Shown here in pieces: positions 23,720-35,121 of a DNA stretch of 64,000 bases. Positions within the stretch are counted from its first letter, which is position 1, and each line of letters begins with the position of its first letter. The translations under genes and the position numbers were made by a program. The stretch is from Monocercomonoides exilis PA203 (taxonomy: Eukaryota; Protista; Preaxostyla). The stretch lies in assembly GCA_001643675.2 (NCBI GenBank), contig LSRY02000003.1:558001-622000 (forward strand), in the 5' to 3' direction. The notes beneath the pieces are model-generated. The model worked only from the letters and a program-made list of their open reading frames with translations, did not search any database and was not told the DNA's origin.

Positions 23720-25937
23720 TAGTCAGGGACAAAACCCGGGACAAGGACAAAACCCGGGATATTCCATTTAGCTTTTTTTGACACAATTCAACACTTTTTC
23801 ATGGAAAAACATACTGATGATCGAGTTTTTCGTGTATTTGGATGGATCGAACAAGCCAAATGAAAATATCTGAATTGAATTTGCAATTAAAATATCAGTT
23901 AAAAAAGATTGGCGCTTAAAAAGCAATAGAAAACAAAGCACTATTTAATAACGTTGAACCATGTTGAAATAAGAATTGAATAAATAATTTGTAACTCACA
24001 TTAAATGTTTTTAACTGTAATTGAAGATGGATCCCCATTTGCTTTCTGAAGTTAGTTTTCTTTTCCTTTTTTCACTGGGGAAAAGAATCTCTTCTTCTGA
24101 TGAATCTCGTTGCTCTTTTCGATCTTCTGAATTATCAGATTGTTCCGAAGAAACATCATCGTGAATAATTGTTTTCCTTCCATGATTTTGAAAGTTGACA
24201 TTTTCAACAGGTCCTGTTTCATTTGAGCTTTTGTCCTTTACATTAGATAATTCCTTCACCTCAGACACTGTACCATCCTGCTTTGTTACTGAGCTATTTT
24301 GCTGACGTTTCTTTTTTTTTTCGAATTGCATGGAAAAGCTTTCGAAAAAATTATCTCCTGTAATTAATTTCATGCTGATACTGCATGAAAGTGAAGAATT
24401 GTTTACCACTTTTTCTGCTGTCGAAGGGGCTTCAATGTTCTGCGGGAGGCACTGATATACGACAGAAGGGTCTAACGGGAAAATTCCGCATGCTTCAAAT
24501 GACTTTTTCACAATTCTTGGAGAGAGAGAGTTATTAACCGCTTCTGATACTGCTGGTATTAATGATTTTCTGTAAGAAGAAATTGACGAATCAGAAGGAA
24601 CCGAGAATGCTCTTTTTAGGCTGTTTTTGAAATGCGCGATTACAAACCTATCCAGCGGCTGAGTGAGATGTGTTGTATGTGATGGAAGAATCAATAAATG
24701 GATTAAATGATCTCTGCACCAAGATATCACTGGAAAACTTAGGCGAGAGGAATGCCCATCAAGGATAATCAAAGCGTAGGAAGACTGTCCATGAAGCTCA
24801 ACTCTTTTCTCATTAATTTTTGGCAATAATATTTCTATCATAACCTTTTCAAAATCTCTTCTTGTCATCCAGCCTGTCCCATTTGCCAAACAGTTAATTC
24901 GATGATACTTCAACTCCTTTAAATCCTCGGAAATGGTCTGAGAAGGCCATAGCATGATTGGATCAAGTGACGTCCCATCTGCAAAAATAGAAAAAAATAA
25001 TGTAGCATTTTTCCTTCTCTGTGCTTCTGGTAAAAATGCATGCTGAGATTCTTTTGTAACTACTATTTCCTCGTCCGACTGCTTCATCAAGATGCCAGTT
25101 TCGTCCATATTGATAATAAAATCTGATGAAATATTATAATCATCAATAACATTTTTTAACAACGAAAACCAATTCCTCATATTTTCTATTGTGGACGCTT
25201 GAAGGCGATGAAGATCTATAAAAGTTGGTTTAATTAATTTCAGTAATCCACTTTTCTTTATCAACCTGCGTGCCCATTTTTTGCTGATTTTCCTGACTTC
25301 AGTCGTTTGTGTGCATTCCTTCTTTTTCTTCATCATCACATTTTCTGACTATCAAAAATGCACAATAAAAAAATAAAACAAACAAATAGCAACACACGAA
25401 TCTGATAATGTCTGAAACTGTCAATTTGTTTGTGGATGATATTTGTGCAATTGCACAATCTTCTATTTCCTCTATTTCTTCTTTATTGAACAGCCCTGGT
25501 CTGCCAGCATGTTGAGGATCACGCCCTGCTTTTTTTGAAGCCATATGCCGGTAAATGGAAGAATGAGTAATAATTTTATCTTTCACAAGATCTGAAGGTT
25601 AAATTCCATCTTGTTTCAGAAGATAATCAACTTTTTCAACTTTTGAAGGGAGCCGGCGAAACTCTGCTGAGGCCTTAATCGGTGATAATTTGTTGAAAGG
25701 GAGAGGCGAAGAAACGTTTGCTTTTTTCATATGATTTATGGAAGTTTGATCATTCTATTTGATATAATTTCTTATTGAAGAGACAATTGTTTTGACGTGC
25801 ATTCAAAGGATGAAATCAAAAAAGTTTATCAAGAATTGTTTTTTGATTTGGAATTGTTTTAAATAAACATTCAAAAAAAATATTCTAGACTGAAGTGTCC
25901 CGGGTTTTGTCCTTGTCCCGGGTTTTGTCCCTGACTA
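23720..25937 (-). mobile_element. pogo/Fot-type (Tc1/mariner superfamily) DNA transposon, 2,218 bp
   Basis: Perfect 40-bp TIRs TAGTCAGGGACAAAACCCGGGACAAGGACAAAACCCGGGA (23720-23759, 25898-25937), TA on both sides (23718-19, 25938-39) and an internal DDE transposase. Confidence 0.95.
24011..25730 (-). CDS. DD35D transposase (CENP-B-like HTH + DDE_1); two exons (25730-25398, 25348-24011), in-frame TAA at codon 44
   Basis: Motifs INMDETG, LIILDGHSSR and LPSHTTHLTQPLD, with 35 residues between the second and third D; HTH-like SKKWARRLIKK. A 49-nt GTGTGT...TAG intron (25397-25349) joins the two ORFs in frame. TAA at 25599-25601. Confidence 0.9.
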
Positions 25938-25940
25938 TAA

Positions 25941-26799
25941 TTGAGAATAATGGAACATGGCCAATGTTGGATAACGCAACACAATTTCACTGCTTTGATT
26001 GCGCTGGATGCACTGGAGGAGCGCGAAGAGGTAGAGGAAGGAGAAAAGGGAGGAAAGGAGTTAGAAGAAATAGATGAAAAAGGAGGAAATGGAGTGAAAG
26101 TTGACTATCCAACAGCGCACAGAGAGTTTGTGGAGAGAATCAAAGAAAATCATGGGAAGTTGGAAGAAGCGAGTACTCCGCTGGTTGTTGATGCGCTTGG
26201 GCTAAGTCTGTTGAGGTTTGTGAAGGAAGATGTGGAGGCAGACAAGAAGCATCAATTGGAGCTGAATTGCGTAATTCTTTGTCAGCATATTGCATACAAC
26301 AGGAGATTTCAAGAGCAGAAGAAGAAATAGCAGATGGTCTTTGGGCATAACTTTCGATGGAAGTTCAGAGGGAATGGGGAAAGATGTGGAACAGGTGGAA
26401 ATGTTGAAAAATGGTTTGGAGATGAATAAGAAGCAAGACAAAGAATGTGATTTGATTGATTTGGAGGAAGAAGAAGAAGAGGAAGAGGAAGAAGAGGAAG
26501 AGGGACAGATTCTGGATGTGGAATTGCTGCTGAGTGTTCCTGCGCGTACGGAGTGCGTGACACTGGTTGACGAGAGTGCGTATGGGAGCTGGCGGGACTG
26601 TCTGGTGACGATGACGGTGACGGGGGAGCTGGTGGAGTTGTGTGCAGAGCGGGAGCGGATTGTGAAGAAGTTAATTGTGGAAGGGGTGATACAGCCGACC
26701 TGTGCGATGAGCATCACGTTTATTGGGGAGAGGTTAGTAAGGGAGGAGAAAGAAGAACAGAGAAGGGGGTGGGGGTGGGGGTGGGAATTCAGCATCTGA
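25941..26799 (+). pseudogene. Unidentified frameshifted coding fragment next to the pogo insertion
   Basis: Overlapping ORFs 25941-26330 and 26290-26799, GC-richer and coding-like with a poly-Glu run. No proper start and no recognised domain. Confidence 0.4.
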
Positions 26800-28134
26800 T
26801 GTGGCATTGTTGCATTTGGAAAACAAACTTAGACAATAAGAGATGTTATCATATGATGCAAGGATCGAAATTCAGTTTTTATGAAATGAATGAACTAATA
26901 ATCAAGCTGAATAAAGCGACAAGGATAATTGTGCATTTGCAAAAAGAAAAAATTGATGGATTTGAAGCATGTTAATTAACCCAAGCATTTCAAAAATTTT
27001 TATTTATTTATTATTCGATATAAAATAGCGATTGTTCAAGTTGTGCCTTTTTTAATAGCTCATATTTTTTCATTTTTCATCAATTCCATGTTTATGTTTC
27101 AAAACGGAAATTAAAATGAAATTTCTTCATAGAGAAAATAAAAGTTTGAATGTTATCTTTAACATGAAGAAAAACATTTAAAATATCAATTATTCTCATC
27201 TCCAAACAGGATAATATTTAACTGACAAGAAATGTTTCGGGATAAATAAAAAAAATCAACAAAAAAGTGTTTTGGTTTTTGAATTTTCTCATAATCTTTC
27301 TCTCCTTTCTGCAAATTTTCTCTTTTTGATATTTTTCAGTTTTTCGTTTGATCTTTTCTTAATCTTAATTTTTATTCCACATTTCCTTGCTTTTCTTCAT
27401 TTTTCTTCTTTCTATTATCTTCAAATTTTTCTTTCTTTCTATTCAATTTTTCAATTTCTTTTTATTCATCCAATAATTTCTTCAGTCGTCTCATTTCCGT
27501 TATTTAATAAAAATCGTATCAGAAAAATCTTCTTTCCTCTTTTTCCATCTTCTTTGTCTTCACTTATTCCTCTTTTCTTTATTTCTAAAGAAATCTCTGA
27601 TGCATGTATCAAATGTGAAGAAATTCAATCAGATGATGTAGAAGAAGTGGAAGAAAAAGAAGAAGAAGGAGATGCTGTGTGAAATGTTGATGATGTATTT
27701 GAAGAAGAAGAAGAAGAAGATCATAATGACGAATGGAATGAATGAGACGATTAATTGTTGAAAATTGAGAAGATGAGTGTCAATTAATGCCAACCGAGAA
27801 ATTCAATGAATTTCTCTTCTTCTGGATTTTGTCTTCTTCTGGCAAATAATATCCTTTGAATCCTTTTTCACTTTCAGCTCAATCTCTTTCTCTCTCTCCA
27901 ACAAAAAATATGAAATATTGAACAATTCCTTTTTCATTCCACCTCTTCTTCTTTCGCTTCCCTTATTTCACAAAAAAAATCATCTTCCCTCAAAAATAAT
28001 TCTTCGCCAAAGCCCAATGCCAGACATCTTCGATTTATCTCGCATTTCATCTGTCTATCTGTATTTTTCCTTCCCTGCTTTTCTTTTTCTTCTTCAAAGC
28101 CATCAAATCCTTCGCTCTTTCAATAGTCCAAATG

Positions 28135-28171
<37 letters not shown>

Positions 28172-28189
28172 AAAAAAAAAAAAAAAAAA
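28135..28189. repeat. Poly(A) tract
   Basis: ~55-nt A run with one T interruption. Confidence 0.9.
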
Positions 28190-28878
28190 TAGTCACTTCA
28201 AAAAAAGTTACAGCAAACCTTCAGAACCTATATTCAATTCAATTTCAATATTTTATTCAATTTGCGACTGTTTTCTTCAATTCAATTTCATTATCCCTTC
28301 CTTTTTCGTGTTTATTCAATTGATTCTTCAATTAAACTTCCAAATTCCTTCATCCTGGGCACTTTCCATATGAATTCGCTGTCTGAACTTGATGGTCAGT
28401 CTGCATAACGAGATATCCAACTTTCATTCATTTTCATCTCCTATCCTGAAAAAAACATAAAACCTATCAATAGGCAAGCTTTTAATAATGCAAACTTAAA
28501 AACTTTCCTTTATTGAAAGCTTATAATTGAAAAGAAAAAAATATTTCTCAGAATAAATATAATAAGAATAATGGTTCATTTTTTTAGAACTGAACCAATA
28601 ACAAAGTCATTAGTCAAAGTCGAAAATTGCTGAATAAATTTTATGAGAAGATAACTATGTTTAAAAGCCTTTTTGAATAAAGATTAAAAAAGCTATTTTC
28701 GAATGACGTGAAAAAATTCTGCTAACTGACGTAACCATCACTTTTTCAACCAGTCACCCAGGCTTAGTATCTATTTGTTTTCTGTTCAATTTTTAACTCA
28801 TAATTCACTATTTCAGTTAAGCATGAAAAATGTAACTAATTTGATCCAATATTGTAATATTTATTTTATAGTTTAAAA

Positions 28879-31800
28879 ATGAGATCAACCAGAAGTAATA
28901 ACAGAACAGCATTACCCATTTTCAAGGTACCATTTGGATTTTAAAATGAACTTTATATTTACGTGCTTATCATTTTTAAACACTTGATGATGCAAATTGA
29001 TGTATTATTTGAAACAATGAACTGTTAAAATCGCACATTGCATGATTAATAAAAGGATATTGAAGTACAAGTTATCAATAATGAATGTTTGCAAACTTTT
29101 ATCTCAACAAAGTCGATTTTTAGAAAATTATTTATTATTTTTGCAACAACAAGAACTTTGGAAAAATTGACATCAAAATTGCAGTAAGCTTTTATTATTT
29201 TGTATGTAAAATATATATATAAGAAATTTCAGGAATCGAAAATGTAAGACAAATGAGTTACTTGAGGTTTCAGAACAAATCAACAATTTGCTGTTGCAGT
29301 TTGTTGGGAAAATGGAAACACTTCCTTCGTATATACTTTATAACATTCTTAATGAAGGCAAGGGCCTGCTCAAATCAACTGGAAATGACAAAGTCGTTGC
29401 TTCTTACACATCTGCGATGGCAGTTGTTGTTGATGCTAAATCATATTCGGAGCAGCACATAAAGTTAAGAGAAATAACAGTACCACTAACAGGTATCGAA
29501 AAACGATGGTTGAATGTGCCGTATTACCAAAAAAAACCTAAAACGATAACGAAGTTTACATCAGATTTTCTGACATCTCCACTTCTTCAAAGCATTATCT
29601 TTGATGGCAACGTTATTCCATCAGTTGTTGAGCGCATACACACCACAGAAAGTGATGATGCTTTGAATGCCTTATCGAGGCTGATTCTGAACTTTGTGAA
29701 AATGGCGAACAAAGAAGGGATAGTGGCATTAACCAGACAGAATTTGCTTGATGGTATTGATTCGATTTTGATGCGGTGCCAAAGCAGCGAAGGGCTTATA
29801 GATGCCATCACATCCTTACAGATAACTCACAACATTGGAAAAAAGATTCCGCAAGGAATGTTTTTCAATTGGGAAAAAGAATTTTCGGATTATCATTTCG
29901 AGTCTGTGCTGACAGAGCTGGCTGTGGGGAATCAAAACAGAGGAATTGCGCGAGAAAAGATCAAGGTGCATACTCCGTGGTATCAAAGAGAATTGGATGT
30001 TCAGTGCGAAGTGGATGGTGCTGAAGAGCTGAATTTCGAGGATTCAGCTTCTGATGGGAAAAGTTCGGAGCACAGTTTAATGGTTGACGATGAAAAGGCT
30101 GAAGGACAAGACAAGAGCAAAGAAGAGAAAGAAGAAGAGAAAGAAGAAGAGAAAGGCAAAAAATCAAAGCTATCAAAGAAAAATGAAGGATCAAAGAAAA
30201 AAAATAAGGGAAAATCAAACACGAAAGTTGGTGGAAAGAATGCTGATGAGAAGTCAGATGGAGAAAAGCGAAAGAAAATGGATCAACAAAATGTTCAAAT
30301 TGATTTAAAAACTTCTTCTGATTCAGATTTAGCCGAAATCTCATCTTCAGCCTCTGCTTCAATGTCATCATCAACAGCAACTCAAAAAGAAGGCAAAAAG
30401 CCGTTCCTTCCGTTTTCTGTTCGCGTCAAGGCAGCCTTTGCTCTCATCAATAACAAACATGAATTTAGAAGTATAAAGCCAATAAGCAATGTGATTAGCG
30501 TTCTAATGGAAGGAATAATTCTTCCAGAAGGTGCAGAAGAGGAGTATTTGAAAAGAAAGAAGGAAAGTTCACGAGGCGATGTGGCTGGCGATGAAGGAAA
30601 GGAGGATGATCTCGAAGCGAATGAAGACGTTATTGTAATTCCTATAGGAAAAATCGATATTTTTCAAATCCGGGAATGCCTTATGCGCATTTTTATGTTA
30701 ACAAAAGAATTTTGTTTGCTCTCTGTTCATTATTAAATAGATTTTAACAACTTGATTATTTGTTAATTGTTGATTCAATTATCTCTTAATTTCATTTTCT
30801 TGCACTATTTATCAGATTATTCGAAAAAAAGACAGCCCATGAACATAGCTCAGCTCAAAGCGATTATTCCTTTGTTAATGCGGCTGAACAAGTTTGCTCC
30901 AACATATTTTATTTGTTTGATTTTTCAACAAATAATTATTTTTTATTGAAATTTTATTTTTTTTTTTTTATTTAATTGTTTTATTTTAACATTCTAACTT
31001 TCAACCTTTCATATATTCATTCTCTCTATTTATTTTGTCTTGAATCCTTTTTAAAAAAAACATGATTTGATAATGCAATTTGCGAATAATTTGGAAATAG
31101 TTTCCCAGATCATCTGTTTTTCAACCTGTCGAGCCGCTGTATTGAAAACATATGTTCATTATATCCAAATGAAACCAAACAACTTTATTGTTCATCGTTT
31201 GAGAGCAAACTCTTAGAAGAGTTAGATGCAGTAGAAGCGGAAATGAATAAAGTTTCTGAATCTATCAACATTTCGAAGAATGAAAAAGAAGCCAAGAAAG
31301 AAGAAGTTATGAACGTCAGCTTAGAACCAGTTCCCTGGTATCAAAGAGAAAAGGAATTTGATGCGCACAAATATCTGCCTTACGAATATACAAAGAAGCC
31401 TTTGCTATCGAAATTTGAATCTGCTTCTGAATATGAACTTGTTTACGATTTGAAAAAAGACCAATTGACTCTGGAAAGAAATAAGCTCTCGAACTATTTG
31501 ACATTCTCCATTGGCGAAGAAATATCGAGACGTGGATACAACAACAGTCAAAAGAAATTTACTTGTACGACTCCGTTATATCATTATTCTTTTCATGCTC
31601 TCCATTTATATCACTTGCTCAAGTGCCTCGGGGCTATTTGCAAATCAGAGATAAAATATTGCGATGAAATAGTCATCCGGCCGTTTTTTGAAAGATTAGT
31701 GAATCGCATGTCACATCCTTTCCCGTTGATTGCGCCAGTTTCTGTAATCGTTCTGGAGGCTGAGGCTTTTCAGCCACAATCCCTTGAATCGGTTCAAATT

Positions 31801-32544
31801 TCGATTGATTCCTTTGTGATGCAATTTCTCACTGGCGTATCAAAAGAGCTTCCATTTGTATGCAAAATGGGTTTTATTCACACACTATTCGAATGGCTGG
31901 CTGGAGGCAGAGATGCAGATAGCCAAGCGCTATTCTATGCGGTTCAGTATATCCGAGAGAACTCTATTGTCTATATGAATATAGCAAGAGAAACAAGAAT
32001 AGAAGTGGCAAAACCATTCAATGAAGGTGTGACTGCGAGGAACAATCATGTATTCACTAAAGGAGCGTCAATATTTCGCTCTGCAGAAATTCCACAATTG
32101 GATTTGGTTTCGCTGCTTGATCCTGTTGTATGCTTCCAGGGCTTAGATGATGTATATTCATATGATTATTCCGCGAAAAAATATAATCCAATTCCGTTGG
32201 TGAATTTTGACGAGGATGCCGAGGAACTTGAAAAAGGTGTGGATTTCGGGGTTTATCTTCTTCGATCAATCGAAGATGAGATCGAAGAAAGCGGAATCCG
32301 CGATATCATTGAAGGCAACCTTCAAAAGGATGATATTCAATTGTTCTGGCTGTGCCCAGGCTATTTGGCTCAGAAGAAAAGAAATCACGTTCACGGCAGT
32401 GTTATACGCAGATCCGATATGCTTAATTATCTGCCACATGTTCAAGTTGAGACGCCTCCCTCTGATCCGTTTTCTCCTTCTGGCTTGACAATTCAACGCA
32501 GCGATTATCGTTTTCATCGTATGTATGTCAATATGGTTCGATAA
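28879..32544 (+). CDS. Hypothetical multi-exon protein, probably alpha-helical (ARM/HEAT-like) with a K/E-rich insert
   Basis: Long same-strand ORFs 29288-30736 and 31243-32544, plus small upstream and intervening exons bounded by GT-AG (ATG 28879, ...TTCAAG/gtac). Exact exon structure uncertain. Confidence 0.7.
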
Positions 32545-33818
32545 GCGCGCTTTAATGGTTCATTTGCATGTTTGATAAAGAAACATGATTATTTGTTTTG
32601 AGAAGATAATGACAATCTGTTCAGAAGAATGAAATTTTTTATTTTTTTTAGTAAGTGATATTAACATAATTTTTTGCAATGTGGAATTTTTTTTTTTTAA
32701 CTTTTTTATTTATTTGAATGCTCCATTAAATCTGGAAGAGAATATTTCAAGTTTTAAAATTTGAAAACAATACTTTTTAAAGAGAATTTTGAAAGATTTT
32801 TATTTAATTTTATTTTTCAATTTAGCAATCTATTACAATCGGAACTGTATTTGTTGGAAAACAAAATGAATGTGCAATTTCTTTTGGAGTTTGTTATGTA
32901 CTTCCACAAGTGAACTTAATCCTTAATTCATTTTCTTCTTCTTCTTCTTAGAAAATTTATATCTTCATGTTCTATTTATTTATTGAAGAATTTTGAAACA
33001 CATTTAAAACAACCCTGATAATAACGAAGTTAAGCGTTCAAATGGTAAATCATTTTTATTTTTCAAAAAATGTTTTTTTTTTTCTGTCAGGTTTGTTCCA
33101 AAATTTGCTTAAATGAAATCATTTCTATAACAATTCACATTTTTCCCCTCACTTTTCAATTATGGCCTTATCTCTTTTACAACAAACCTGTTTTTTTGAG
33201 GCTTTCGTTGAGTGGATATGAGAATTTTTTTGTGAATTCACCAAAGTTGGTGGAATCCAAAAACCTGGCTTTTCCATCTATTAGCATTCGCGCCATTCTC
33301 TCAAGTCTATTTTCGAAAATGTGGAATTTTATTTGCACCATTTTAATTTGCAGTTTAATTTTCACTTCTTCAACTTGACTTTGGATCATTGAAAAAAAAT
33401 TCATTTCAAAAACTTTTTCAATTAATGTGATCAGTTAAATCATCCACAAACAGCTTCACTTTATTTTTTTTGGAAAATTATATTGAAGAGTGAAGAAATT
33501 CAGGGACATTTGTATTTTTCTCTTCGCTATTTCAATAAAAGAAAAAGCAAGTCTTAAAGTTTTTTCATTTATTCAAAATTAAATGAAAAATCTGATTTTT
33601 AAAATTACTTCGTTTAATCAAAGAAAGCGGTTAAAAAAAATATTTTTAAGTATATACATTTGTAAATTAGCCTTTTCTTAAATTCAAAATGGAAATGAAG
33701 AATGCCATAAAATTAAAGAACCATTGAATGTCGATAAAGGACAGCTTCCATTCATTTATTGAATGGTGTTTTGCTTCGCTCTTTTGAGATCTTTCTCTCT
33801 TTTCCAAATTAAATAAGT

Positions 33819-34534
33819 TTAGTAAATGAGTTGAGGTGGTGACATTGTGCTCTTAATGTGAATACGACGAATGTTTTGCCAATTCTTTTTCAAAAGCGAG
33901 CACAAAAAGTTGATTGAGATCGAAATATTACGAATGATATCTTGCTCATTCATATCGACACGTGCAACAGGCACATTCAAGCAAAGAGCTTTCTTCAGTT
34001 GGAACTTTACTGAAGACTTGACTTCAGCAGCTTTCACTGCCAAATCTTCTGTGTGTGTAACAACTGTTGGGAACTTACCCATCTTGTTCAGAGTTGGTCC
34101 AAGAAGACGAGGAAGTTGCTTGATCAATGAATCAGAAGCAAGGAAATAATCGTACTTGTGGCCAAGCTTTCTGACTAATTTTTTGTCCTTGTTCAATTTT
34201 TTCAAGTCACCAACGTTCATGAATGGAAGTCCTTTCTTTTGAGCTTCTTCTTCATGGGCTGCATCTGCAAAAACACAGACAGTTCTTCGTGGGCAAGCCA
34301 TAACAGGAAGAGCAATCGATCCAGAAAAACGTCTATCTGTGTTTGGATCGTAGTTTTTAAGCCCAACTTGCAATTCAATCTATTCAGCAAAGAGAAAATC
34401 CAAAAAATTGGAAAAATCATCAAACAGAAATAAATATTTCATACTGTTTCTACAAACTTGCGGGGATGCTTTTTCTTGTAATCAAGAATAGACGCAACAG
34501 CAGAGCGCATAATTTCGCCATCAATCTTCGACAT
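33819..34534 (-). CDS. RPL10A: 60S ribosomal protein L10a (uL1); exons 34534-34445 and 34379-33819
   Basis: MSKIDG...RKFVET/IELQVGLKNYDPNTDRRFSG...LIKQLPRLLGPTLNKMGKFP...LLKKNWQNIRRIHIKSTMS. 65-nt GT-AG intron; 216 aa spliced. Confidence 0.97.
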
Positions 34535-35121
34535 TCCTTTCGATTTCCAAAAAACTTAAAAGTATATCCTCAACTGAGGAAATATTCCTGATCACGTTTT
34601 CAAAAATATTATAATATATTGCTAAACATAAACTTTTTTCAATTATTTCCATTGATGAATTTTGAAAAATAAACAAATAATTCCAAAATTTTGGGAAAAA
34701 ATTGAAGCTTCCGATTGTGAAATCATTTGGTAATGCATTATTCGAAAATTTTGAAAATTTTGCAATAACTCAGCAAGAATAATCTGAATTGAAAAAACAA
34801 TATTATTCAAAAAATGGAAAGAAAGAAAGAAAAATGAAGAAGAAAAAATTGTCCAGAGCAAATTTTCCTACAGTGCTTATGTATTTTTATTGCTGCTATT
34901 AACGAAAAATACTTATTCACATTTTTATTTATTAATTGAAAAAGATATTTCAAAATAAACCTTTTGATAAAATTTTTCTTTGATAAACAATTGGAAAAAA
35001 TCACGATTATCTATTCAATAAGATTTTTAAAAATGATTACGTCATGTTTTCATCAAAAAAAATATTGAAAAGATTCTATTTTTGTTTATCAACAAAAAAA
35101 CATATTGCAACTGAACTGTGT

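Larger units (their letters stand above)
21809..28767. mobile_element. Putative old non-autonomous TIR element (hAT-like ends) with nested insertions
   Basis: CTAAGGCTGGGTGACTG (21809) vs CAGTCACCCAGGCTTAG (ending 28767): 16/17 inverted match. Flanks TGTTTATT / TATCTATT match 6/8. TGACG and CCTATC motifs recur near both ends. Confidence 0.5.

Noticed and set aside
23720-23759. Tandem GGACAAAACCCGGGA repeats as CRISPR-like or telomeric repeats
   Set aside because: Only two units with no spacers, and they are mirrored at 25898-25937, so they are transposon TIR sub-repeats.
1238-25601. Non-standard genetic code (UAR=Gln, as in some oxymonads) to explain the in-frame TAAs at 1238-1240 and 25599-25601
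   Set aside because: RPL10A, FKBP-TPR, NPL, NCAPH2 and the transposase itself end at TAA at the expected positions, and multi-kb ORFs contain no internal TAR.
28135-28189. Poly(A) tract as a retroposon tail
   Set aside because: No TSD or RT/SINE body is recognisable, and similar homopolymer runs occur in ordinary introns in this window.
33177-33404. 75-aa ORF downstream of RPL10A
   Set aside because: No recognisable motif or supporting splice structure; cannot be supported as a gene.
34380-34444. Box C/D or K-turn-like motif (TGATGA...CTGA around a TCCAA/TTGGA hairpin) in the RPL10A intron, as a snoRNA or autoregulatory element
   Set aside because: Too short for a snoRNA, the flanking stem is out of register for a canonical K-turn, and such motifs arise by chance in AT-rich DNA.
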